From a virus: a stretch of DNA of 64,000 nucleotides. The DNA lies in the IMG/VR virus record IMGVR_UViG_3300047322_000608, positions 11,870 to 75,869 of that record. The stretch is one strand, 5' to 3'. The position numbers and the translations under genes are program-made. The notes below the pieces were generated by a model, which worked only from the letters and a program-made list of their open reading frames with translations, had not been told where the DNA came from and did no database searches. Shown in pieces: positions 39,160 through 47,694 of the stretch. The stretch's first letter is position 1. Each line of letters begins with the position of its first letter.

Positions 39160-39419
39160 AAACCAAACGCCGCTACGACGGCCGCCATGCCATTGACGGC
39201 CTATCCAAACAACGGCGCTACCAACTCCGCAAATGCGCTAGAGGCCTCTGCCCAAAGTGCGGAGCAAAACGAACTCGCTTCGCGTTGTGCGACGACTGCC
39301 ATAGCAAGGACATTGAACGCAACCGCCTCCGACACGGCCACCAACCCTGGCGCAAAGGCCACCGCGGCAGACCACCCAAGCAGCAACTTTCCGCTCCGCG
39401 CTCTGGCCCGTCGTTGTGA
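39156..39419 (+). CDS. Small basic Zn-finger protein
   Basis: GLCPKCG...LCDDC; RGRPPK AT-hook-like. Confidence 0.55.
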   Translation: MKTKRRYDGRHAIDGLSKQRRYQLRKCARGLCPKCGAKRTRFALCDDCHSKDIERNRLRHGHQPWRKGHRGRPPKQQLSAPRSGPSL

Positions 39420-39487
39420 CGGTGTCCTGAGCACTCACTAGTGCAGAGGTTGCGGAGCGTGAACATCCCCCTGGCGCCATTGTTGGT

Positions 39488-40084
39488 TCATTGGCCCGGG
39501 GGGAGAACTTCCCCAGCCGCCGCGTCCAAGAGCCGCTTCATATCCGCTTCCGCAGCCTTAGCCTCCAGCTCCGCCGACTTCATTCGTTCCAAACGATCCG
39601 CTTCCTTCTCATCCCCATCCTCAATCGCCTTCTCCGCCAGACGCTCGTTCAACGATGGGCCGCCAGAACCGCCTCGCTTCGCTTTCCTGGCCTCCCTCTT
39701 CTGCCTAAACTTCTCCTGGGCTAAACGGTTCTGCTCCCTTCGGTCCTCCTCGTTCTGGATCGACTTGTAGTAAGCATAATTGACAACGCGATACGCAAAC
39801 GGACCAATCTTTACAATCCTTCGACCCTCATCACCAGGGGTCGTCGTCTTAGGATCCGGCCGACACAGATATTCGATCGCTCTCTCAATAACATCCGCCG
39901 TCGTCCCGAACGTTGCCGCGATCAAAACCGGATTCATTTCAATGTAACCCCCGTGAACTTTGTCCGGCATCGCCTCCGATATGATGTAGGGCATGAGCGC
40001 GTAAACCTCAATTCCAGCACCGACCATCGAACCACGGTAAAGCTTCGAAAAAATCTTGCCGTAAGTCATTCCTTCTTGTCTCAC
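39488..40084 (-). CDS. Putative replication initiator (replisome organiser-like)
   Basis: YGKIFSKLYRGSM, winged-helix-like middle, PDPKT...EGRRI, VVNY..Y...EDRREQNRLAQEKFR pattern of phage replication proteins. Confidence 0.6.
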   Translation of the reverse strand: MRQEGMTYGKIFSKLYRGSMVGAGIEVYALMPYIISEAMPDKVHGGYIEMNPVLIAATFGTTADVIERAIEYLCRPDPKTTTPGDEGRRIVKIGPFAYRVVNYAYYKSIQNEEDRREQNRLAQEKFRQKREARKAKRGGSGGPSLNERLAEKAIEDGDEKEADRLERMKSAELEAKAAEADMKRLLDAAAGEVLPPGQ

Positions 40085-40947
40085 GCCAAAAACACTACAT
40101 CAACACAAATCTTACACGTAAGCAAAGGTAAGCCGAATCAGCATAGGAGTAATCAAAATAAGCACAGTTAGAGTAAGAGTTAGAAGAGAGAGTTCGTCGT
40201 CAACCTCAAACATGGCGTCATCCATTGAAAACAGGCTGCACTACACTCACGGGTAACCGCAAACACAAGACGAATCACCATCCCAGATTTAGCCCCGGAT
40301 TCCATGAAAGTTGAGAAGGGAGACCCATCACAGCCAGCAGGACCACCCCGCCCTTCCCCGGGACACCCCCACCCAATCGGCTGCCAGGTCGATTCCAGGA
40401 CTGAGCCACATTAAGCCGATAATGTCACCCGATGCTGCTGCTGCTGGCCTTTGCGACTATCGGCGCACAGTAGGCAACGTGGCGGTTGGCTTCCGATGGC
40501 AGGTTACAGACTGCCCACAGAGAGCCCGATAGCCCTACGTCAAACCCCGATGGAATCATCAGGAATGGGAGTTGGGTGAATACACCCAAGTCAGTAGGCA
40601 AGGTATAGTCTCTCCTAACATTCTTAGGCTGACCTAACATTTGGGCTTCCTGGATCTCGGCTTTGAGTAACCTTTTGCCCCCTTTCCTTGTAACCTTGGC
40701 TTGGGAGTAGTGTAGCCGGTCGCTCGTTTGAGCGTTTACCTGACTCGTTTGAGTCAAGCGGCGGTCCTTCCGGTGTCTCGGGTTGAACTGAGCGCAGGTG
40801 TGGGCGGCAGGGGTCGAAAGGCCTGCCATGGGATTACCACGGGGTTTGCCGTAGTTTCCGAGCGTATCGCGATAACCCGTCAAGGCGAAGCAAGGTCGAA
40901 ACGGTCTTAGATACTCCAATTCCTAACGGGATACAGTGGGAACTCAC

Positions 40948-41024
40948 AAGCTTAACGTAGCCCAGTTACTCGTTTGAGTAGCTGGTCGGTGACAAGCCCG
41001 GGGAAACAATACGGAGTCAAGCTT
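40948..41024 (+). ncRNA. Twister ribozyme (type P1)
   Basis: P1 AAGCU/AGCUU, conserved U^AA, P2 CGUA/UACG, GC, P3 hairpin 40962-40985, P4 UCGG-UGACAAGC-CCGG, GA then GUCA pairing with UGAC (T1 pseudoknot). Confidence 0.9.
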
Positions 41025-41052
41025 AACGATAGGAACAAGATACGAGGAATAT

Positions 41053-41481
41053 ATGTCAGCAACCAGTTTGATCAGTTTCGACGCAAGCGCCAACGCGGTA
41101 ACGTCTTACAACGAGAAGATGAAAACCACTACCTTGCGCTTGCTTACGGCGAAGGAGTTCAAGACGGCGCGTGGGCTCAAGGGGAACGCCGCTTCGGTGG
41201 CTTACAATGCCTACATTCGGGAGCATGGTCTGGCGAACACGGCGGGTTTGGCGGCGGCGCTCACGTCGGGTGAGTTGTTGGTTCGTTCGGCGAGGGACAG
41301 CTCGAAGTCCCTGAACGTGTCGTTTGTCAAGAAGTCTGCCATCAAGGACCCGGCCGTGAAGTCTGCCCCTGCCCCCGAAGTCACGGCTCTGGAGACTGAA
41401 GTTGCCAACCTGAAGGCTATGCTGGCTGGGCTTGGCGCGAAAGCGGAAGAGATTGCGGCGGCGCGCCCGAGCGCGGTGTAG
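41053..41481 (+). CDS. Hypothetical protein (first early gene)
   Basis: Strong RBS, biased codon use. Confidence 0.65.
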   Translation: MSATSLISFDASANAVTSYNEKMKTTTLRLLTAKEFKTARGLKGNAASVAYNAYIREHGLANTAGLAAALTSGELLVRSARDSSKSLNVSFVKKSAIKDPAVKSAPAPEVTALETEVANLKAMLAGLGAKAEEIAAARPSAV

Positions 41482-41514
41482 TCGGTCCGTGGCGGGTAAG
41501 TCTGGCGGCAGATT

Positions 41515-41555
41515 GGCAGGGTTGGAGCGTGTCTCCTGCCCTGCCGCTTCTGTTT
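41515..41555 (+). terminator. Possible terminator
   Basis: GGCAGGGT...GCCCTGCC stem followed by CTTCTGTTT. Confidence 0.4.
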
Positions 41556-41590
41556 CTAGAGTCCGTTTAACCTGGAACAAGTACGAACGT

Positions 41591-42487
41591 ATGCAAGACA
41601 TGACTGCGCTGGCGGAGCAAATCCGGCAGCGTATTCTCGCGTCTCAGCCTGCCGCGGAAGTGCCTCGGAAGGCTGGGGATGCGGGAGTTGCTGCCCCTTT
41701 GGGAAGCCAGAGGCAGCATTACAAGTTCCCGTTGTTGCTGGCGGCCGTGGCAAGTGGCGTGGACGCCATTGCCCTGGTTGGTCCGGCTGGAACGGGAAAG
41801 ACGACAGCGGCGCATTCGTGCGCCAAGCTGCTGGGCAGGCGCTTTGAGCCTACCAGCTTCGGTCCGACCACGTCCAAGGCTGACTTGTTCGGCTTTGTGG
41901 ACGCGAACGGGGTCTATCGTGACTCCGCTTTAGTGCGAGCTGCCAGGGATGGTGGCGTGTTCCTGGGGGACGAGCTTGATGCTGGTCATCCTGGGGTTGT
42001 TACGGGCCTGAACATGGTTCTGGCCAACGGCGTGTTCGGCATTCCGACCGGGGTGCTCGAGAAGCACGCGGAGTTCGTTCCCATCTTCGGGATGAACACG
42101 TACGGGACCGGGGCGAACCGGCAATACGTGGGCAGGAACCAACTGGACGCTGCGAGCCTGGACCGGATGGCTGTGATCGAATGGGATTTGGACTGCGGGT
42201 TAGAAGCGGCCATGGTCGGGGTGAACGGGGTGCAATCGCCTGCGTTCGATCTGGGCAAGCACGGGACCATGACAGCGCCGCAGTGGTTGGCGCGGGTTTG
42301 GTCCGTCCGGAAAGCGATTGAATTGCTGGGGGTCCGGCACATCGTTAGCCCGCGGTGCTCGCAGAACGGCATCAAGCTGTTCCGGGCTGGCGTGGGCAAG
42401 GCGCACGTCCAGGAAATGGTGCTCTGGAAAGGGATGGACGCGGAGACCCGGGAACGGGTTGAAGCCAAGGTAAAGGAGATCCTGTGA
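41591..42487 (+). CDS. MoxR/CbbQ/CobS-like AAA+ ATPase
   Basis: GPAGTGKT, FLGDELDA, MNTYGTGANRQYVGRNQLDAASLDR, VSPR. Confidence 0.9.
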   Translation: MQDMTALAEQIRQRILASQPAAEVPRKAGDAGVAAPLGSQRQHYKFPLLLAAVASGVDAIALVGPAGTGKTTAAHSCAKLLGRRFEPTSFGPTTSKADLFGFVDANGVYRDSALVRAARDGGVFLGDELDAGHPGVVTGLNMVLANGVFGIPTGVLEKHAEFVPIFGMNTYGTGANRQYVGRNQLDAASLDRMAVIEWDLDCGLEAAMVGVNGVQSPAFDLGKHGTMTAPQWLARVWSVRKAIELLGVRHIVSPRCSQNGIKLFRAGVGKAHVQEMVLWKGMDAETRERVEAKVKEIL

Positions 42488-43302
42488 GCGCCAAGACCGG
42501 GGTAACGGTTGAGCGCCGGGCCTTTACGGGATGGCATCAATTCGTGGAACAGGTCCGCAAGCCGATGTCCTGGGACGTGGCCGGCCAGAGCACGGCGGAG
42601 CGTTCGTATAGCTGGGCTTTAGGGGCTTCCTACGACGATGCGCTCAAGCTGGCGACTACGGGCTGGGCGGAGGGGTTCAAGGCTGTCTCCCTCAAAGCGC
42701 AGGCGATCTGCAAGGCGCACGGCGGGCTGGACTTGAGCCCGCGCTTTGCGGAATCTGGCGACGAAGTGGACGTCGGGCTATTCCTGGCGGATGAGCCGGA
42801 GTGCATGGTCGAGTATCCGATGGAGCCCAAGCAGCGTCCGGTCGTCAAGATTGTGGTCTCCGCTTCGTTCTCGGGCGGGATTGCCGCGGAAGAGATTTAC
42901 AACCGCGGTGCGGCGATTCTGGCGGCGATAGATCTCCTGGAAGGGGCTGGGGTCCGGGTCGAGGTTGACCTGGACATGGGAACGGAGACCGGGCGCCGGC
43001 AGTTCATCCGCACGATACCGCTCAAAGCGGCCAACGACGCGCTGGACCGGGACAAGCTGGCCTTTGCGATCTGCCATCCGGCGACGTTGCGGAGGCTGAT
43101 CTTCCGACTGCACGAGCAGGACGGGGTGGATGCGTTCGAGCGGATGGGCGGGTGCCAATACGGCCATCCGATCAATCCGGCGCCGCAGGACGGGGCGATC
43201 GTGATCAACGCGCTCACCATGAGCAACGAGGGCGAGTTCCGGACGATGGAGCAAGCGCAGGCGTTCGCGGAGCGGGTCCTGGCGGAAGTAAGCGGCGATT
43301 GA
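42484..43302 (+). CDS. vWA-like partner of the MoxR ATPase
   Basis: GDEVDVGLFL..EPECM, RGAAILAAIDLLE..G.RVEV, LAFAICHPATLRR; coupled to the ATPase. Confidence 0.7.
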   Translation: MSAKTGVTVERRAFTGWHQFVEQVRKPMSWDVAGQSTAERSYSWALGASYDDALKLATTGWAEGFKAVSLKAQAICKAHGGLDLSPRFAESGDEVDVGLFLADEPECMVEYPMEPKQRPVVKIVVSASFSGGIAAEEIYNRGAAILAAIDLLEGAGVRVEVDLDMGTETGRRQFIRTIPLKAANDALDRDKLAFAICHPATLRRLIFRLHEQDGVDAFERMGGCQYGHPINPAPQDGAIVINALTMSNEGEFRTMEQAQAFAERVLAEVSGD

Positions 43303-43369
43303 GCGCGGGCGTCCTTCGGGACGCTCCAGCTCAGTTTCCAGTAAACCGCAACAGAACAAAGGAACAGTT

Positions 43370-43618
43370 ATGGAAAGAACACCTAAAGGTCAGTGTCTGC
43401 AGATGAAACGCGCGGCGATGGCTGCGCTCAGCGTTGGTGACGTGGCGTGCGCTCTGGATTACATGGAGTGCGCCAAAGACGTTGAGATGGCGATGGTGAA
43501 GGAGCAGAGCGAGAGCATCAAGCGAGCAAAGCGCAGGCTGGCGGATGGCGTCCTGGCTCATAACGTGGGCAGTGCGAGCATCGCGCTTAACGGCGATGGG
43601 GCATACGCACGTTCCTAG
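43370..43618 (+). CDS. Hypothetical protein
   Basis: AAAGGAACAG motif before the ATG. Confidence 0.5.
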   Translation: MERTPKGQCLQMKRAAMAALSVGDVACALDYMECAKDVEMAMVKEQSESIKRAKRRLADGVLAHNVGSASIALNGDGAYARS

Positions 43619-43831
43619 CCAATCCTAGAGGCTTTCGGGAGAGAACCGAGACAAGGCACACACCAGGAGGAAATATGCGCGGGGTAAACAAAGCCCGCTA
43701 ACGAAGCAACCACAGGAGCGTGGGCTGCTGGGATAAACCTGAGAGGTTCCCGGCAGCCCCCTTTCTGTTTAGCCCATTTAGGCTGCTGGCAACGTGCTGG
43801 CGGGAATGGGTTAAGGAGAAAGGAACAAGGT

Positions 43832-44038
43832 ATGAGCAAATTCACTTACTGCTATTGCCCTGGCTGTGGTCGCAACAATGTGCACGTGGACGTGGATAGG
43901 GGTGTTCTGCACGATCACCGGAACCGGGGTTACACGGCCAAGTGCACCGGGAGCGGCCGGCCTGCGACGGAGCGCAGGGCTTACCCGTTGCCTTCGGGTG
44001 CCTTTGGGCGGCTGGTTGGCGCCATTGCTGGAGAATGA
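43832..44038 (+). CDS. Small Zn-binding protein
   Basis: CPGCG...HDH...CTGSG. Confidence 0.6.
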   Translation: MSKFTYCYCPGCGRNNVHVDVDRGVLHDHRNRGYTAKCTGSGRPATERRAYPLPSGAFGRLVGAIAGE

Positions 44039-44041
44039 CCT

Positions 44042-44320
44042 ATGCCCAACGATACCCAAGAACAGGTCCAGGACGTTCCGGATTGGATTAGGGCAGGCGA
44101 TCTTCCGAATCTGGATCTTTTCGTTACGCCAGACGATCTGGACTCCATGCAGGCCGACATACGCAAGGTAGAGCAGGGGCTGGCCTTGATGCGGCAGTAT
44201 GCGGAGGCAAAGGCCAACGCGATGCGCTGCAGGCTTAACGGCGCCATTCCGTTGGCGGTCAGGTTCGAGGCGGCCTGCGATCACGTTTACATGCAGATGC
44301 CCGAGTGGGCTCGGTGGTAA
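44042..44320 (+). CDS. Hypothetical protein
   Basis: Ends in MPEWARW; GGAG RBS. Confidence 0.6.
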   Translation: MPNDTQEQVQDVPDWIRAGDLPNLDLFVTPDDLDSMQADIRKVEQGLALMRQYAEAKANAMRCRLNGAIPLAVRFEAACDHVYMQMPEWARW

Positions 44321-44436
44321 GGCGGTAGAGCAACGGAGCAATTTTGCGCGTGCATGGTGGGGTCTCAAAACCTCATGCCTCTGGACTCCAAACCCGGAGG
44401 ACAACATGCACAGCGCCATTGCTTCGCTTTCTGCCT
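44320..44436 (+). ncRNA. Y-shaped structured intergenic RNA, unassigned
   Basis: About 30 bp interrupted stem (CGGAGCAAT/ATTGCTTCG, GCGC/GCGC, GTGCATG/CATGCAC) capped by two hairpins with related loops. Confidence 0.6.
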
Positions 44437-44490
44437 CCCAATTGGGAAGGTGGTAATCGGAATCGGTAGAACAAAGGAACAAGTACGAGT

Positions 44491-44778
44491 ATGGCAAAAT
44501 CATTAGGGTATGCGGGCGCAGTGCGCTCGGCCTATGAGCAGGTATTCACGTTAGCGAGCATCTTCAACTGCACGCTCAACGGCAAAGACGCGGCCTTGGA
44601 CGTGAGTCCCAGATCCGGGCTGGCGATCGTGAAGGCGAAAGACGGCTCGGATTCGAGCTGCTTCAATTGGTCCGTGGTAACGCGGGTCATGAAGGAGCAC
44701 GGCGGCCGGTTCGTCACCCGCGACAACCAGGCGCCGGTCAAGCGATGGGCCGCTAACCCCTTGCTGGCACTGGTATGA
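44491..44778 (+). CDS. Hypothetical protein
   Basis: Full start-associated motif upstream. Confidence 0.6.
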   Translation: MAKSLGYAGAVRSAYEQVFTLASIFNCTLNGKDAALDVSPRSGLAIVKAKDGSDSSCFNWSVVTRVMKEHGGRFVTRDNQAPVKRWAANPLLALV

Positions 44779-44984
44779 ACCCTCCCTTGATTCTCGAGGT
44801 CCAGCATGTTCGGTTCGGGCTCGGTCTGCGAACGCAACGCTGGAGCAAAACGCGCCACGTCATCTTGAACGTGGGCACAGTGGAAGCTCGAGTGATCGTG
44901 CCGAACGAGCGCACGGGTGGCGGTTTGTTCGTCCTGGGCCTGCTCTTGTCTGGCGTGGTCGCTGGGCTGAAAGGGACGCCATGA
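44775..44984 (+). CDS. Hypothetical protein
   Basis: ATGA-coupled on both sides. Confidence 0.4.
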   Translation: MNPPLILEVQHVRFGLGLRTQRWSKTRHVILNVGTVEARVIVPNERTGGGLFVLGLLLSGVVAGLKGTP

Positions 44985-45337
44985 GCCACATCAAAACCTT
45001 GCGCTCCAAGAAGCGTAAATCCAAGCCGATGCTTCCGGTCATGGACAACCTGCGAATGCCTTCCGACCCGGAAGCGCAGAACGACTCCCGATCCGATTGG
45101 GCGGAAGTAGCCATTCGGGCGTTCATGCAAGCCACTGGCTCGGACGCTGGGGATGCTGTCTCCGATCTCTTGGCTGACTTAGCGCACTACTGCGACCGGC
45201 ACGGGTTGGAGCTGGGGCATGAGTTGTGCCGAGCGTGTAGCCATTACGAGGAAGAGACGACCAACGAAGAAGTGGGTGAGAGCGAAGGCAGGCAGTTCAC
45301 CCGCGTTCACATCTCACCCAGAGAGGACCAGCTATGA
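44981..45337 (+). CDS. Hypothetical protein
   Basis: DLLADLAHYCDR motif. Confidence 0.6.
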   Translation: MSHIKTLRSKKRKSKPMLPVMDNLRMPSDPEAQNDSRSDWAEVAIRAFMQATGSDAGDAVSDLLADLAHYCDRHGLELGHELCRACSHYEEETTNEEVGESEGRQFTRVHISPREDQL

Positions 45338-45419
45338 ACATTCGCTTCGGTGAATTCGTTTACCTGGCAGCGTTCGCGGTCGTGATGGCCATTGCGCTGC
45401 ACATGCTGAAAGGAATGGT

Positions 45420-45632
45420 ATGAACATCCTGCCTTTGAAAGTCGTTGACCGGCCGGACGGTACGATTGAGATCCAGCGTGACGACGGAGTTCCGATTGCC
45501 GTCATGTGCCACAGCGCAGCGGCAGCGCAGAACGCCCATGAGATCGTGAAGCGGGTGAACCAGTACGGAGACCTGGTTGCTCTGGTAATGGCTGCCAAAA
45601 CGTTCGTCGCACTCATGGAAAAGATCCCATGA
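45420..45632 (+). CDS. Hypothetical protein
   Basis: NAHEIVKRVN...LV.L pattern common in small phage proteins. Confidence 0.55.
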   Translation: MNILPLKVVDRPDGTIEIQRDDGVPIAVMCHSAAAAQNAHEIVKRVNQYGDLVALVMAAKTFVALMEKIP

Positions 45633-45707
45633 TCCTGGATCTCCTGCTCATAGAGCCCTGGCTACAGGCGCTGGTAATGGCGCTTGCGGCCCGGGCCTAT
45701 CTTTGTT

Positions 45708-46172
45708 ATGCGAACAATCACTTGCTACAAACTGTTTCAAACCAAGCGGACGGCGCCGGGCCGGATCTTCCCGCTCTTCATCGGCAAGGATAAGCCGACT
45801 CCGATCGGCGAATGGGTTCCGGCGCAATTCCTGCCGACCGATGGCTTTGCGCCGCGGCCGGGCTGGCACGTCGGGCCTTTGCCCAAGGCTCAGCATCTGA
45901 TGTGCAAGGACGGGACCATGCCAGCCAGCCGGGTGTGGGCCCAGGTCGAGATCCTGGCGGACGTGGATTACACGCCATTGGCTGCCATTGCACCGACCAA
46001 GGATCTGCGCGGCCAAGTGCCGCACGGTGGATACTATCGCTTCCCCAGGCCGATCAACCAGGGCGGGGAGTGGATCATTGCCGGGCAGATTCGGGTGCTG
46101 CGGCTGTTGTCGGAAGAGGAAGTTCAGCAGATACTCAACAACGCGCATGATACCCAGGCTGCTCTCGTATGA
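45708..46172 (+). CDS. Hypothetical protein
   Basis: YKLF...PLFI...GFAPRPGWH...RVWAQVE...GGYYRF motif set. Confidence 0.6.
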   Translation: MRTITCYKLFQTKRTAPGRIFPLFIGKDKPTPIGEWVPAQFLPTDGFAPRPGWHVGPLPKAQHLMCKDGTMPASRVWAQVEILADVDYTPLAAIAPTKDLRGQVPHGGYYRFPRPINQGGEWIIAGQIRVLRLLSEEEVQQILNNAHDTQAALV

Positions 46173-46929
46173 TTGGATTGTCCTAAACAGTTCGGCGGGA
46201 AAAGACTCGCAGGCAATGCTCGATTACGTGGTTGAGCAGGCCGATGCGGTTGGGTTCCCGCGCTCCAAGATCGTGGTAGCGCACGCCGACCTGGCTAAGG
46301 AAGAATGGCAAGGGACCAAGGAACTGGCCCGGAAACAAGCGGAGCACTACGGGTTGCGATTTGTCGTCATGAAACGGCGCCGCGCGGATGGGTCGGACGA
46401 TTCGATCCTGGCTTATGCGCGGCGGCGCGGTAAATGGCCGAGCAGCGGCAATCGCTGGTGTACGTCCGATTTCAAGCGCGGCCCGATCGGCCGGCTTTTC
46501 ACCAGCTTGGGCGAAGGACTGATCCTGAACTGCCTGGGAATGCGAGCGCAAGAATCGCCGAGCCGGGCCAAGTTGCCTGAGTTCGAGGAAAACAAACGCT
46601 ACACAACAGCAAGCCGGTGCGTGGACAACTGGCTGCCGATCCATTCCTGGACACTCGAACAGGTCTGGGCGCGGATCAAAGCGTCGGGCGTACCGCATCA
46701 TTATGCCTACGACCTTGGAATGCCCCGGCTGTCGTGCTGCTTCTGCATCTTCTCGCCGAAGCCTGCGCTGCTCCTGGCTGGGAAGCACAACCCGGAACTA
46801 TTGGCCGAGTACGTTGCGACCGAGACAGCAATCAATCATTCCTTCCGCAACGGCTTCAAGATCGCCGAGATTAAAGCGGCCCTGGACGCAGGCGAGCAAC
46901 CAGGCAGGGTCCAAGACTGGGTCATGTAA
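46147..46929 (+). CDS. PAPS reductase-family (PP-loop) protein
   Basis: NSSAGKDSQA, RWCTSDFKR.PI, GMRAQES..RA, RLSCCFC. Confidence 0.85.
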   Translation: MIPRLLSYDWIVLNSSAGKDSQAMLDYVVEQADAVGFPRSKIVVAHADLAKEEWQGTKELARKQAEHYGLRFVVMKRRRADGSDDSILAYARRRGKWPSSGNRWCTSDFKRGPIGRLFTSLGEGLILNCLGMRAQESPSRAKLPEFEENKRYTTASRCVDNWLPIHSWTLEQVWARIKASGVPHHYAYDLGMPRLSCCFCIFSPKPALLLAGKHNPELLAEYVATETAINHSFRNGFKIAEIKAALDAGEQPGRVQDWVM

Positions 46930-47007
46930 GCAACACCGCACCGTGCTGCGGGGAAAGCACGGATCTTTTGCAGGCTTCCGACGTGTTCGGTGGCCTGGAA
47001 AGGAACA

Positions 47008-47694
47008 GTGACGAAAACAAAGAACAAGAAACTCAAGTTTAGCGTGGAAGACCTGCGCAAGCTGAACCCCTGCCACGAAGCGCTGGCGTGGGTTGATAAG
47101 CAGCATGGCGAGTCTCCATCGGATCTGTGGCAGATGTGCCCTCGATCGGATTGGATGCTATGGCTGCTTGCACGGGTTCGACCGTTGTCCAAGCCGGAAG
47201 CGGTGACATTGGCGTGCCGGTTCGCGCTCAAAGTCCTGACGGTATTCGAGACCCGCTATCCATACGATAAGCGCCCGCGGCAGGCGATTGAGGCAGCTCA
47301 GGCGTGTCTGAAAGACCCGTCTGCTTCTGCTGCTTATGCTGCTGCTTCTGCTGCTTCTGCTGCTTATGCTGCTGCTGCTGATGCTGCTGCTGCTGATGCT
47401 TCTGCTGCTGCTGCTGCTTATGCTGCTGCTGATGCTGCTGCTGATGCTTCTGCTTATGCTTCTGCTTATGCTGCTTATGCTGCTGATGCTGCTGCTGATG
47501 CTGCTGATGCTGCTGCTTATGCTTATGCTGCTGATGCTGCTGATGCTTCTGCTGCTTATGCTGCTGATGCTGCTGCTGCTGCTTATGCTGCTGATGCTGC
47601 TGCTGATGCTGCTGATGCTGCTGCTGATGCTGCTGCTGCTCGCAAGAAGCAGGCCGACATTATTCGCGAGATCATCGGCAACCCATTCAAGTGA
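47008..47694 (+). CDS. Imm5-like protein with Ala/Tyr/Asp/Ser low-complexity tract
   Basis: DWMLWLL...ACRFA..VL.VFE..YP.DKRPRQAIEAA followed by a 107-codon A-rich repeat; GTG start behind AAAGGAACA. Confidence 0.7.
   Translation: MTKTKNKKLKFSVEDLRKLNPCHEALAWVDKQHGESPSDLWQMCPRSDWMLWLLARVRPLSKPEAVTLACRFALKVLTVFETRYPYDKRPRQAIEAAQACLKDPSASAAYAAASAASAAYAAAADAAAADASAAAAAYAAADAAADASAYASAYAAYAADAAADAADAAAYAYAADAADASAAYAADAAAAAYAADAAADAADAAADAAAARKKQADIIREIIGNPFK
47320..47640 (+). repeat. Degenerate trinucleotide repeat (GCT/TCT/TAT/GAT only)
   Basis: 321 nt composed solely of four codons of the form [G/T][C/A]T. Confidence 0.95.

Noticed and set aside
40431-40446. GATGCTGCTGCTGCTG matching the 47.3-kb repeat, and the idea that the RT synthesises that repeat
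   Set aside because: A short simple repeat can match by chance, and no template for the TAT/TCT/GAT units was found in the candidate ncRNAs.
40947-41028. Direct repeat CAAGCTTAACG as iteron or att site
   Set aside because: Largely explained by the palindromic AAGCTT arms of twister P1.
43619-43710. Possible HDV-like ribozyme (hairpin followed by CTAA-CGAAGC)
   Set aside because: P1, P3 and the pyrimidine-rich L3 could not be built.
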